Under the pieces are notes generated by a model. That model searched no databases. It was given only the letters and a program-made list of their open reading frames with translations, and was not told the origin of the DNA. The translations under genes and the position numbers were made by a program. From a virus (lineage: Duplodnaviria; Caudoviricetes), in the IMG/VR virus record IMGVR_UViG_3300025738_000175, positions 1-36,364 of that record: a stretch of DNA of 36,364 nt, one strand, 5' to 3'. Positions 16,968 to 26,394 of the stretch are shown in pieces (position 1 is the stretch's first letter; each line of letters opens with the position of its first letter).

Positions 16968-17501
16968 ATGCTTTCGCAATTTCCAAATTCGATACAGGCG
17001 GGACTTAGTTTCCGGGCCACAATATCTGCAGCTGATTTTCCGGCACCGATCTGGACCGTCTCAGCAATTCTGCGTGGGTTAGGTCCCATTGATCTGAATG
17101 CGATCGGGGATGCTGAGACGCATATCTTTGCAGTCACTTCTGATGTGACAAAAGACTGGGCTGCTGGCCTGTATCAAGCTGCAATCCGGGTCAGCGACGG
17201 TACAGAAACCTTTGAAATTGAAGCCGGGCAAGTACGAATTCAAGCTGACCTAGCTCAAACTGCAGCTGGTCACGATCCGCGAGGACATGCCCAGCGAACC
17301 CTTGACGCGATTGAAGCCGTGATTGAGCGCCGGGCATCAAAGGATCAGCAGAGTTACACGATCAATGGTCGAACTTTGGTGCGTACATCGATCGCAGAAT
17401 TGTTGGACCTTCGCGAAAGATACCGCAAAGAAGTGGCGCTGTTTGTGGCGAGTGGTCGCCCGAAAACGCTTCTGGGTCGTCAAATTAAGGTGCGGTTCTG
17501 A
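16968..17501 (+). CDS. Head completion/joining protein (gpW-like C-terminus)
   Basis: SYTINGRTLVRTSIAELLDLRERY; between terL and portal. Confidence 0.65.
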   Translation: MLSQFPNSIQAGLSFRATISAADFPAPIWTVSAILRGLGPIDLNAIGDAETHIFAVTSDVTKDWAAGLYQAAIRVSDGTETFEIEAGQVRIQADLAQTAAGHDPRGHAQRTLDAIEAVIERRASKDQQSYTINGRTLVRTSIAELLDLRERYRKEVALFVASGRPKTLLGRQIKVRF

Positions 17502-19120
17502 TGGGGAAATTTTTCAAACGAAACGCTCAAGAACCCAATGTGATTGCGCAAGAGCCCAAGGCGGTTGAACGCGCGACCTCCATTCCAAAGGTGCCGCGCC
17601 GTTCTTATTCAGCGCGGCCAGCGGGTGCGGTTCGCCAGCATGATGCGGCGACAACGGATCGCCTGACATCAAACTGGACAACCACCCCTTTGACGGCTGA
17701 TCAGGTTGTCGATCGCAATCAGCGGGTGTTGGTTGCCAGATCGCGTGAACAAGCAGCATCAAACGATTATATGAAAGCCTTCATTCGGCAATGCAGCCAG
17801 AACATTGTTGGGCATCGTGGGTTTGCATTGCAGGCGCAAGCCAGTAAATCGAAAGGTGATCTGGACCGCGATGCAAACGAAGCTCTTGAAACGTGGTGGC
17901 GCAAGTGGTGCCGTGCGGAAAATTGCGACATCAAGGGCCAGCGTAGCTTTCGCAGAATCTGCCAAACCGCTGTGAAAACAGCAGCGAAAGATGGCGAATT
18001 TTTCATTCGTGAGATTAAAGGCCGCGCAGCTGGACCCTTTCGTTATGCGTTGCAAACAATCGACCCGCAGCGATGCCCCGTTGAATACAACGTTGAAGGC
18101 CTGACTGGAGGCCGGTTCATCCGGCAGGGTATTGAGTTTAGTCGCGAGGGGCGACCTCTTGCCTATTTCTTCATGGTCGGGGAGGCGGCGAATTCTGCCT
18201 ATACCACCAACGGCAGCAACCTCGAACGCGTGCCCGCAAATCAAATCATTCATGGTTTCCTTGAAGACATTGAGGGCCAACGGCGCGGGATACCTTGGGC
18301 GGCAACGTCGTTATGGCGCCTGCATATGCTCTCAGGGTTTGAAAAAGCGGCGTTAACAAACGCGCGAATGGGCGCGTCTGTGGGTGGATTTATTCAATGG
18401 AAAGACGGCGAAGGCCCGGATCCTGAAGATGCAGAGAACCCAGCTGAAGACGAAGAACTTTATATTGAAGCTGAAGGTGGTGTTTTCCAAGAACTACCGG
18501 CGGGTGCAGAAGCAAAGCCATTCCCTAACACCTACCCAAGCGGGGAACTTGCCCAGTTCAATAAGGCGGTAATTCGAGGGGCTGGTGCAGGCATGGGCGT
18601 TTCGTATGTCAGCCTGGCGAATGACCTTGAAGGGGTGAACTTTAGCTCAATTCGCTATGGCGTTTTGAATGAGCGTGATCACTGGATGGATCTGCAAGAA
18701 TGGTTGCTAGAGACCCTGATTGACCGTTGTTATCAATCCGCCCTTGAACCCTCAATGTTGCTTGGCCTGATCCACAGCAAAGGTCGCCCATTGCCCGCCG
18801 CGCAAATTGACCGTTATCGCCGCGTCTATTGGCAGGGTCGCCGCTGGGCTTGGGTTGATCCGACGAAGGATGTGAAGGCCGAAGTTGACGCGAAAAACAA
18901 TCTGCTGACGTCGCCCTCTGAAATCATACGCCGTCGTGGTGATGATCCAGACACCACATGGCGCACCTATGCGGCTGACATTCAAGGAATGCGAGACGCG
19001 GGAATGCCTGAAAGTTTCATTATGGCGGCGGTTTTGGGCGTGCAGCCCAATCCGACGCCCCCCCCAAAAAACAAAAGTGAGGATGACCCAAATGGGAAAG
19101 ACGGTTCTGATGATGAATAA
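17501..19120 (+). CDS. Portal protein, lambda family
   Basis: LVARSRE, GQRRGIPW, VNFSSIRYG, WVDPTKD motifs. Confidence 0.93.
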   Translation: MGKFFKRNAQEPNVIAQEPKAVERATSIPKVPRRSYSARPAGAVRQHDAATTDRLTSNWTTTPLTADQVVDRNQRVLVARSREQAASNDYMKAFIRQCSQNIVGHRGFALQAQASKSKGDLDRDANEALETWWRKWCRAENCDIKGQRSFRRICQTAVKTAAKDGEFFIREIKGRAAGPFRYALQTIDPQRCPVEYNVEGLTGGRFIRQGIEFSREGRPLAYFFMVGEAANSAYTTNGSNLERVPANQIIHGFLEDIEGQRRGIPWAATSLWRLHMLSGFEKAALTNARMGASVGGFIQWKDGEGPDPEDAENPAEDEELYIEAEGGVFQELPAGAEAKPFPNTYPSGELAQFNKAVIRGAGAGMGVSYVSLANDLEGVNFSSIRYGVLNERDHWMDLQEWLLETLIDRCYQSALEPSMLLGLIHSKGRPLPAAQIDRYRRVYWQGRRWAWVDPTKDVKAEVDAKNNLLTSPSEIIRRRGDDPDTTWRTYAADIQGMRDAGMPESFIMAAVLGVQPNPTPPPKNKSEDDPNGKDGSDDE

Positions 19121-21083
19121 TTCACTGATCGGGGCCGTGCTCACCCGTGCGATCACGGTTGAACAGATCACGGCAAACCGTGCCAATGGCCCGCTGCGCC
19201 GACATGCAGAAGTTCGCAGTATCAATGAGGAAGCACGCACCATTGAGGTTGCGTTCAGTTCTGAAGAACCCGTTTCGCGTTGGTTCGGTGATGAAATCTT
19301 GGATCACTCGCCCGGTGCGATGATTGAAACGCGCTTAGCCAATGGGGCTGCGGTTCTCTGGAACCACAACGCGGACGTGCAAATCGGTACGGTTGAAAGT
19401 TCTTCAGTTGATGGTGATCGTCGGGGGCGGGCTGTGTTGCGGTTCGGAAAATCCGGGCGTGCCAGTGAAATCTGGGCCGATATTTTGGATGGCATCATTC
19501 GGCATGTGTCTGTTGGGTATTTCATTCGAGCGATCAAGACCGAAGAGCGTGACGGCGAGCGCGACAAGGTCACAGTGACAGAATGGGAGCCCTTTGAAAT
19601 TTCAATGGTGAGTGTGCCTGCAGATCCGTCCGTTGGTGTCGGGCGTGCAGCGGGGGAACCGCCAGAGGAAGCGCCAGCCGGGGTTGTGGATACTGGCACA
19701 AGAACAATTCCAACAATAATTGAAGGGCCGGAACCTATGTTTAAAAATATCCGCAACGCAGCCGGTGATCTGGTCCGCGTTGAAGTCGATGCCGATGGCA
19801 ACGTTATCAAAGAGATTGAGGTGCTGGAACGCGCTTCTGAAACTCAGGCAATGGTTACGCGTGGCCGTGAAGGTGAGCAACAGCGCACTACAGACCTTTT
19901 GGCGCTTGGCGAACAATACTCAGCGCAAAGTCTTGCAGCTGATGCGATCCGCAACAACACAAGCGTTGAGGTCTTTACACGCAGCCTTGTGGATCACGTT
20001 GCTGGTACTGATACAGGAAACCGCGCGCTTGACGATAATGGCGGCAATATCGGCATGACCGACAACGAAGTCGATCGCTTCTCATTCGTTCGTGCGGCTC
20101 GTGCCATCCTAAACCCAACTGACCGCCGCGCCCAAGAAGCCGCTGCATTTGAATTTGAATGCGGTCGTGCAGCCGCCACTGAACAGGGCCGCGATGCGCA
20201 GGGTATCATGGTTCCGATGGATGTTCTGCAGCGGGCGTTGAATACTGGCACAGACGGTGCTTTGGCTGGGAATACTGGTGGTTTGGCTATTGGAACCACG
20301 TTGGGCGGTAGCTTTATTGAAATGCTGCGTGCCTCTACTATTTTCCTACGCCTAGCAACACCAATGGGTGGGCTTATTGGTAACTATGATATGGTTGGCC
20401 AAGCTGCTGGGGCCCAAGGTTTCTGGCTGAATGATGATGAGGACACAACCGAAGGGGCACAAGAGCTACGCAACATTAGCCTGTCCCCGAAGACTGTCGG
20501 TGCATTCTCTGAGATCACTCGTTCAACTCTCAAACAGACCTCAGTTGATACGGAAGCATTGGTCCGCCGCGATCTTGCTTTCGCGTTGGGTGCCACAATC
20601 AGCCTTGCCGGTTTCTACGGGACTGGTGGCAGTCAGCCACTTGGTTTGAAAAATCTTCCGGGGATCAATGCGGTTCCATTTGCAGCAACTCTGCCAACAT
20701 TTGCGGAGTTGGTCGCTATGGAAGGGCAAGTTGCCGCTGACAATGCGGCCATGGAAAGCATGGTGTACTGTGGCAACACAGGGTTCCGCTCGCACTGCAA
20801 AACCACTGAAAAATTCGCGGGCTCAAATGGGAATACCATTTGGGAGCCGGGTAATGAAGTGAATGGTTACGGCGCTGAAATCACCACCCAAATCGCTGCG
20901 GGCGACGTTTTCCATGGTAACTTTGCAGATGCAATTGTGGGCATGTGGGGCGGTCTGGATCTTACCGTTGATACGAGCACGCACAGCCTGAAGGGTCGTA
21001 AACGCATCGTGGCCTTCCAAGATGTGGATATCGCTTACCGCCATGCGGAAAGCTTCTGCTATGGGGCGAAGCCCGTCGTTTAA
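19092..21083 (+). CDS. Prohead protease - major capsid protein fusion
   Basis: VLWNHN, VSVGY, EISMVSVPAD protease motifs followed by HK97-type capsid domain; GAGG RBS before ATG 19092. Confidence 0.9.
   Translation: MGKTVLMMNNSLIGAVLTRAITVEQITANRANGPLRRHAEVRSINEEARTIEVAFSSEEPVSRWFGDEILDHSPGAMIETRLANGAAVLWNHNADVQIGTVESSSVDGDRRGRAVLRFGKSGRASEIWADILDGIIRHVSVGYFIRAIKTEERDGERDKVTVTEWEPFEISMVSVPADPSVGVGRAAGEPPEEAPAGVVDTGTRTIPTIIEGPEPMFKNIRNAAGDLVRVEVDADGNVIKEIEVLERASETQAMVTRGREGEQQRTTDLLALGEQYSAQSLAADAIRNNTSVEVFTRSLVDHVAGTDTGNRALDDNGGNIGMTDNEVDRFSFVRAARAILNPTDRRAQEAAAFEFECGRAAATEQGRDAQGIMVPMDVLQRALNTGTDGALAGNTGGLAIGTTLGGSFIEMLRASTIFLRLATPMGGLIGNYDMVGQAAGAQGFWLNDDEDTTEGAQELRNISLSPKTVGAFSEITRSTLKQTSVDTEALVRRDLAFALGATISLAGFYGTGGSQPLGLKNLPGINAVPFAATLPTFAELVAMEGQVAADNAAMESMVYCGNTGFRSHCKTTEKFAGSNGNTIWEPGNEVNGYGAEITTQIAAGDVFHGNFADAIVGMWGGLDLTVDTSTHSLKGRKRIVAFQDVDIAYRHAESFCYGAKPVV
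19653..19694 (+). promoter_or_regulatory. Late-promoter motif copy 3 (protease-capsid linker)
   Basis: GGGGAACCGCCAGAGGA 19653-19669; GATACT at 19689-19694; in-frame ATG at 19737. Confidence 0.7.
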
Positions 21084-21098
21084 TTAACTAACCGAAAT

Positions 21099-21126
21099 AA
21101 CTTACTGGCGGTCACGCCGGTAAGTT
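21099..21126 (+). terminator. Stem-loop after the capsid gene (terminator or mRNA stabiliser)
   Basis: AACTTACTGGCG-GTCA-CGCCGGTAAGTT; only a short T run follows. Confidence 0.55.
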
Positions 21127-21147
21127 TCACGTGCAAGGAATAAAAGC

Positions 21148-21357
21148 ATGAGCAACAAAACAGTCCAAGTCAAAATCACATCTGCCGTATGCATTGACGG
21201 TAAGATTGTCGTGCCCGGTAAGAAACCTATCATTCCCACAGATTTGGCCCAAAATCTGAAATCGCGCGGGAAGTGTGAAATCATTGAAACGCCCGAAGAT
21301 GAAGCAGCTGAAGACGACGCAGCATCTTCTGATGAAAAAAAGACAGCCAAAAAATAA
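21148..21357 (+). CDS. Small capsid-region protein
   Basis: AAGGA RBS; position after the capsid gene. Confidence 0.7.
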   Translation: MSNKTVQVKITSAVCIDGKIVVPGKKPIIPTDLAQNLKSRGKCEIIETPEDEAAEDDAASSDEKKTAKK

Positions 21358-21360
21358 GCC

Positions 21361-21696
21361 ATGCCGCACCCTGACTTTGAGGACATCACAGAGTTTTTCG
21401 ATCCTGATGAGTTCGCCACAACGGCGCATATCACACGCGGAGCGGAAAACATCGGTGATGTCCTTGGCATTTTCGATGATCCAAATGAGGTCGCCCGGAT
21501 TGGTGAATACTCAATGGATCATGTCACCCCAAAATTCGAATGCGCTGAAGTAGACGTTGCTGATGTTCACAAAAACGATCGCGTCACAATTGAGGGTCGC
21601 GAGTTTGACCTGATGGAAGAGCCGCAGCTGGATGGCACCGGAACTGCCAGGCTGGTCTTAGGCAAAACGACAGTGACTTATAATGCTGGCCTTTGA
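21361..21696 (+). CDS. Head-tail joining protein (lambda gpFII-like)
   Basis: FFDPDEFAT...GIFD...DGTGTARLVL; synteny. Confidence 0.75.
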   Translation: MPHPDFEDITEFFDPDEFATTAHITRGAENIGDVLGIFDDPNEVARIGEYSMDHVTPKFECAEVDVADVHKNDRVTIEGREFDLMEEPQLDGTGTARLVLGKTTVTYNAGL

Positions 21697-22216
21697 TATT
21701 GATGACCGGCAAATCACGGCCATCGCAACCGAATTCGCGGCTACGCCCAAGCAGATAGATCTTGCCCGCAGTCGTGCGTTAAAGCGAACGGCGGCAACAC
21801 TGCGCAAGTTGGCCTCAACGGGATTGCAAACAGAGTTGGGCCTGCGCAACGCGAAGGCCATTCGCAGACGCATCAAAGAATATAAAGCCGGTAAGGGCAA
21901 AAACTCTCTCAAACTTTGGTTTGGGGTAAATGATTTGCCGTTATCTGCGTTCAAGGGCCTCCCCTCAAAAACCGCTGGCGGCATCAAGTTCGGCAATACC
22001 ACTCTGCACGGTGCATTTTTTGCCAAGATTAACGGCAAGCGCGGTGTTTATCAGCGCGACGGTGCAAGCAGATCCGCTATTTCTGAAGCAAGATTGCCGG
22101 TTGCTGACAGGATAATGATCTATCTGGAAGATGAAGTATTCGTTGATCTGGATAGTATTTTTTTCAAACATTTTCGGGCTGAAATCAAAGCCAGAACAAT
22201 CTTGGGAGTTGGATGA
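21683..22216 (+). CDS. Neck/minor tail protein (gpZ-like)
   Basis: ARSRALKRTA...GAFFAKING; synteny. Confidence 0.65.
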   Translation: MLAFDIDDRQITAIATEFAATPKQIDLARSRALKRTAATLRKLASTGLQTELGLRNAKAIRRRIKEYKAGKGKNSLKLWFGVNDLPLSAFKGLPSKTAGGIKFGNTTLHGAFFAKINGKRGVYQRDGASRSAISEARLPVADRIMIYLEDEVFVDLDSIFFKHFRAEIKARTILGVG

Positions 22217-22743
22217 TGACTGATCCAATTGATCTTGGCACGGCACTTGATACTGTTGTTGAGCGCCTTGCTGTACAGTTTCCAACGTTTAAAACTGTGG
22301 TGGCAGAGGATGAGCAAGGGGCGGATCTACCTGTCCCGGCCATCATTGTGCAGTTCAGCGAGATAGAGCCAAACCCCGATGCGGATGCCCAGACTGGGCA
22401 GCTTCCCTGCCTTCTGCATGTCGAGGCGCGCGTGATTATGGGGCATCGCACGCCCAAAGTTCGGCGCGAGGTCATCAAGGCGGCTGGTGCAATCGGTGTC
22501 TACGTTCACAGCAACAGGCTTGGCATTCCATGGGGTGCGGCCATTGTGCTGGCGATCGAGCCCGACGAATTTGCGCCGGCTGTTGATACTTTCGATATTT
22601 GGCGGATTGAGTGGGTGCATTCACTGGACCTTGGAGACAGCTATTTTGTCGACGATGCAGTGACCCCCACAGAAGTATTTTCGGCATTTTCCCCGGATAC
22701 GGGCGCTGCCAACGAAAGCGGTTACACATTGGAGGGTGGTTGA
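22213..22743 (+). CDS. Tail completion/terminator-like protein
   Basis: Synteny before the spike gene; coupled overlaps. Confidence 0.6.
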   Translation: MMTDPIDLGTALDTVVERLAVQFPTFKTVVAEDEQGADLPVPAIIVQFSEIEPNPDADAQTGQLPCLLHVEARVIMGHRTPKVRREVIKAAGAIGVYVHSNRLGIPWGAAIVLAIEPDEFAPAVDTFDIWRIEWVHSLDLGDSYFVDDAVTPTEVFSAFSPDTGAANESGYTLEGG

Positions 22744-23225
22744 TGTCTGATTATGCCACATCTGAACTGATGCGGGTTGTCGAGCGTATTGTGATGATCG
22801 CCACAGTGTCAGAATTGGATCCAGCTAACGCGCGCGCAAAGGTCAGTTTTGGCGGAGATGCCATATCTGACTGGTTGCCGTTTGTTCAGCTTGGATCAAA
22901 AGATGTTCGGATTTGGTGCCCGCCTGTTGTCGGTTCGCAGGTCGTTGTGTTCTCCCCAGGTGGAGACACCACCAAAGGGCTGATTTTTCCCGGCCCCTAT
23001 GAACAAGCCGCGCCAGATGATCGAGCAACGTCCTTGCGAATTTCCATGCCGGGCATTGATTTGCAGATGAATGATGGGGTTGCATATCTGTCGCTTACGA
23101 CTGCGCATGTAAAGGGTGACATCATCGTCGATGGTGATGTGGTTGCCAGCGGTGTTAGCCTGATCAATCACGTACATGATGGGATCAAGCCCGGCCCTGC
23201 GAACACTGGCAAACCTGTCGCTTAG
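22743..23225 (+). CDS. Baseplate spike (P2 gpV-like)
   Basis: SDWLPF...WCPPVVGSQVVVFSPGGD; C-terminal SLINHVH metal-binding motif. Confidence 0.9.
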   Translation: MSDYATSELMRVVERIVMIATVSELDPANARAKVSFGGDAISDWLPFVQLGSKDVRIWCPPVVGSQVVVFSPGGDTTKGLIFPGPYEQAAPDDRATSLRISMPGIDLQMNDGVAYLSLTTAHVKGDIIVDGDVVASGVSLINHVHDGIKPGPANTGKPVA

Positions 23226-23401
23226 TAATGAATATGCGTGTAAATCGCATTGGGTGCTAATGCTGCTATGCGGGACGTTGCTGCCATTCGCTGCAACTGC
23301 ATGATCAGACGAAAGGCGTATGTCGAGACGGCGGGCAAATTATCAGACTGCCCGCCATTCCCCTTGAGGCTATTCCTTACAGAACTCAAGATACTTCGCC
23401 A

Positions 23402-23617
23402 TCACCAAGGGACTTTTTTGTAGGTAACACCCCTTCGATCAAGCTCTGCTTCCATCTCATCCGCTTGCTCCTTCCAGTCAGGGAACTCTCGCACTCCGTA
23501 GACTTTCTCTTGGCCTTGAGGCTGTGCATCTTCTTCTACTAGTCGATCGTGAACTCCACGTTGCATAGCCTTTAGTCCGTTTGCGCTCATTTTTGTGATA
23601 TCGTGAAAAAATGACAT
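23402..23617 (-). CDS. Hypothetical moron protein (71 aa)
   Basis: AGGAG RBS; opposite strand within the tail operon. Confidence 0.8.
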   Translation of the reverse strand: MSFFHDITKMSANGLKAMQRGVHDRLVEEDAQPQGQEKVYGVREFPDWKEQADEMEAELDRRGVTYKKVPW

Positions 23618-23829
23618 TTACGCTCTCCTAAATTCGGTAATTTTAAGAATACTGCTTTTATATTGGATGTCTATATTGGGCTCAAAGCTGACCCTCGCTG
23701 CGCTGGCCCGCAATGGCGGCTCAGCGGACTAAGCCGCCGTTTGCTATCAGTAGGATGAACGACTGCATTCGGCCGACCGGAACCGTTGTATACCTTTTGG
23801 CGGGTCTGGAATGACTAGCCCTGGTCGGC

Positions 23830-24345
23830 TTATTGCAGAGCTTCAAACTCAACAATCATATCACCGACCTGAACCAGCTCTGTTTGCGACAAAACACTTT
23901 GGGAAACATCATTAACAAGTTCGACAACAACGTAGTACTCAACTTCCGTCTTGATGTTCCCTCGTCTTACAACTGAACGAGCAGTCTGTTTTGAGTCTGT
24001 CACATCCAGATAAAAATCTCGACCGGTACGCTCGCGATAGAATGCGAGAAATTTGTTTCTGTCTGGGCCTCGCTCGAAAGGGGACATCAAATAATGCGTT
24101 TCCTCATTGAAATCGCTTAGTCCCATCTGGAAATCATTTATTGCCATTTGAGTGCCCCTGGTGATTTCACTCAAAGTTGCTTTGCCACTTGCGACCCATC
24201 CAAGCATATCCTCCTTGGTACGGACAAGATCGAGGTCTGCTGCCTGCTCCGGCGTCTCCGTACGTTCGAAATCGATTATCACCTGAAAGATTGATGAGAG
24301 CCTTTCAAATTCGAGTTTCAATTCTTCTTTTGTTCGTCGAGGCAA
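23830..24345 (-). CDS. Hypothetical moron protein
   Basis: Acidic ORF; TTG 24345 follows AGGAG (frame is open to 24384). Confidence 0.7.
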   Translation of the reverse strand: MPRRTKEELKLEFERLSSIFQVIIDFERTETPEQAADLDLVRTKEDMLGWVASGKATLSEITRGTQMAINDFQMGLSDFNEETHYLMSPFERGPDRNKFLAFYRERTGRDFYLDVTDSKQTARSVVRRGNIKTEVEYYVVVELVNDVSQSVLSQTELVQVGDMIVEFEALQ

Positions 24346-24549
24346 ATCATACTCCTGAGCGGTTCCCGTATTGTCCAGAACCAAGCGAAATGAGCGATCA
24401 TATGCTCAGTTTTTTAAAGCGCCATTGCTAAAACGCGTACGATAGCTACCCAACCGCCTCTTGAAAAGCGGCCTTTCGATGCGGATCGGTGTACTGGTAG
24501 GTTTGGGCTCAGACCAGACATTCGACTATTTTATGTTTCTGATCTTAGT

Positions 24550-24591
24550 GGGGAACCGCCAGAGGATCGAAGGCCTAACTGCAGCCATGAT
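24550..24591 (+). promoter_or_regulatory. Late-promoter motif copy 4 (baseplate)
   Basis: GGGGAACCGCCAGAGGA 24550-24566; CATGAT at 24586-24591. Confidence 0.75.
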
Positions 24592-24597
24592 GTAGTC

Positions 24598-24936
24598 ATG
24601 CAAGGGTTAGGTACAAAAACTGGGCGCAAATTATCGGGCATTGATCATTTGCGCCAATCAATTCGGGATATTCTACAAACCCCGATCGGTTCCCGCGTGA
24701 TGCGTCGGGAATACGGATCAGGCTTGTTTGAACTGATTGACGCTCCCTTAACGCCTGCCGTGCGGCTGTCGATAATTGCAGCCACGGCAAAAGCTTTGAT
24801 TTTATGGGAGCCGAGAATTGCCGTCGAAACAGTAATTTTGCAGACATATGAGCCCGGCAAAGTGACGATTGATCTTACTGGGCGATACTTGCCTGATGGA
24901 AGTGACATTTCCTTGGCCGGAATTGAGGTAACATGA
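24598..24936 (+). CDS. Baseplate wedge protein (P2 gpW/T4 gp25-like)
   Basis: HLRQSIRDILQTPIGSRVMRREYGS...WEPRI. Confidence 0.92.
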   Translation: MQGLGTKTGRKLSGIDHLRQSIRDILQTPIGSRVMRREYGSGLFELIDAPLTPAVRLSIIAATAKALILWEPRIAVETVILQTYEPGKVTIDLTGRYLPDGSDISLAGIEVT

Positions 24937-25829
24937 GTACGTTTTCAGCGATAGATTTGGGCCGCTTACCGCAGCCGGTAATTATTGAACAACCGACATT
25001 CGAAACGATTTTTTCAGCCCGAAAAGCGCGTTTGATTGAACTGGCCCCAGACTTGGCACCGGTGCTTGAACTCGAAAGCGAACCTTTGGTTCAGCTTTTG
25101 CAGGAAGATAGCTATCGCGAATTGCTTTTGCGCGCTGCAGTGCAAGACGCAGGGAAGGGCAATATGCTGGCCTTTGCCCAGGGTGCTGAATTGGATCACA
25201 TTGCGGCGTTTTATGGAGTCGCGCGCCAAGTTGTCATTGCAGCTGATGCAAACGCCATTCCTCCGGTTGAACAGGTCATGGAAGATGATGCGCGACTGCG
25301 CGAACGGGTGCAGCTTGCGCCGGAAAGCTTCACCACAGCTGGTTCGATCGGTTCCTATACGTTTTGGGCGTTGGCCGCATCGCCACTGGTCAAAGATGTC
25401 GATGTTTCTAGCCCCGTGCCCGGCGAAGTAGAAATCACGATCCTATCCACAGAGGCGAATGGCGTTGCCGGTTCCATCCTGCTTGATGTGGTTGCTGCAG
25501 AAGTTGACCCACGACGTCCGCTTTGTGACCTTGTGACCACAAAAACGGCGGTTGTGGTCGGGTATGAGGTTCACGCAACCCTTACCCTTTATGATGGCTT
25601 TGATAGCGAAGTAGTCCGTGCGGCATCTGAACAGTCACTTATAGATCATATCGCCGCCCGGCACAGCCTTGGCCATGATATCACGATCTCCGGACTGCAT
25701 GCTGCATTGCACCGTGAGGGCGTTCAGAACGTTGATCTGGGCGCATTTTCTGCCGACTTAATAATTGCCTCAGATCAAGCGGCGTTCTGCACCGCTCAAA
25801 CGGTAAATGTTGGGGGCATTGATGTCTGA
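24933..25829 (+). CDS. Baseplate J-like protein
   Basis: IDLGRLPQP...LELESEP...AGSIGSYTFWA. Confidence 0.92.
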   Translation: MSTFSAIDLGRLPQPVIIEQPTFETIFSARKARLIELAPDLAPVLELESEPLVQLLQEDSYRELLLRAAVQDAGKGNMLAFAQGAELDHIAAFYGVARQVVIAADANAIPPVEQVMEDDARLRERVQLAPESFTTAGSIGSYTFWALAASPLVKDVDVSSPVPGEVEITILSTEANGVAGSILLDVVAAEVDPRRPLCDLVTTKTAVVVGYEVHATLTLYDGFDSEVVRAASEQSLIDHIAARHSLGHDITISGLHAALHREGVQNVDLGAFSADLIIASDQAAFCTAQTVNVGGIDV

Positions 25830-26394
25830 TATTCGCAGCCTTCTGCCATTCAATCATGACCCGGTTCGGCGCGTGCTGGAAACGGTTATGGCTGAACCAT
25901 TGGCTGCGCTTGAACTGCCCATCGAACAACTTTGGCATCCGGATACTTGCCCGCTTCACCTTCTGCCGTGGTTAGCATGGGCACTGTCGGTGGATTTTTG
26001 GGATAGCGGTTGGAGCCAGGACAGTAAACGCGCCTCAATCCGTGAGGCCGTCAGCATTCACCGAGGCAAAGGTACGCTGCAATCTGTGCAACGTGCATTA
26101 AAGGCGGCAGGCTATGGCGATGCCACTGTGGTTGAGCGTTACGGTCATGAAACGCATGATGGCACTTACAGTCATGACGGTTCAATCAACTATTCTGAGC
26201 CGGATCATTGGGCCGAATATCGTGTGTATCTCACTACACCAATCACCATTGAACAGGCCGCACAGGTGCGCGCGATCCTGCGCTTAGTCGACCCGGCACG
26301 CAGTCATTTGAAGGGGCTGTTTTTCACTGAAGCACTTAATTCTTACAATGACCGCATCACCTATGACGGTTCATTCACCTATGGAGTTGCCTGA
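25822..26394 (+). CDS. Tail protein I (P2 gpI-like)
   Basis: LWHPDTCPLHLLPWLAWALSVDFWD...HRGKGT. Confidence 0.92.
   Translation: MSDIRSLLPFNHDPVRRVLETVMAEPLAALELPIEQLWHPDTCPLHLLPWLAWALSVDFWDSGWSQDSKRASIREAVSIHRGKGTLQSVQRALKAAGYGDATVVERYGHETHDGTYSHDGSINYSEPDHWAEYRVYLTTPITIEQAAQVRAILRLVDPARSHLKGLFFTEALNSYNDRITYDGSFTYGVA

Larger units (their letters stand above)
23259..24522. repeat. Degenerate ~30-bp palindromic units flanking moron genes
   Basis: Units at 23259-23288, 23666-23695, 23712-23741, 23758-23787, 24493-24522, plus partial units at 23810 and ending 24476. Confidence 0.6.

Noticed and set aside
18936-19091. Upstream start of the protease-capsid ORF
   Set aside because: Long overlap with the portal gene; a better RBS precedes 19092
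23666-23830. CRISPR mini-array or integron attC sites
   Set aside because: Units are too divergent, spacers only 16 nt, and no clear RYYYAAC/GTTRRRY attC ends or integron integrase
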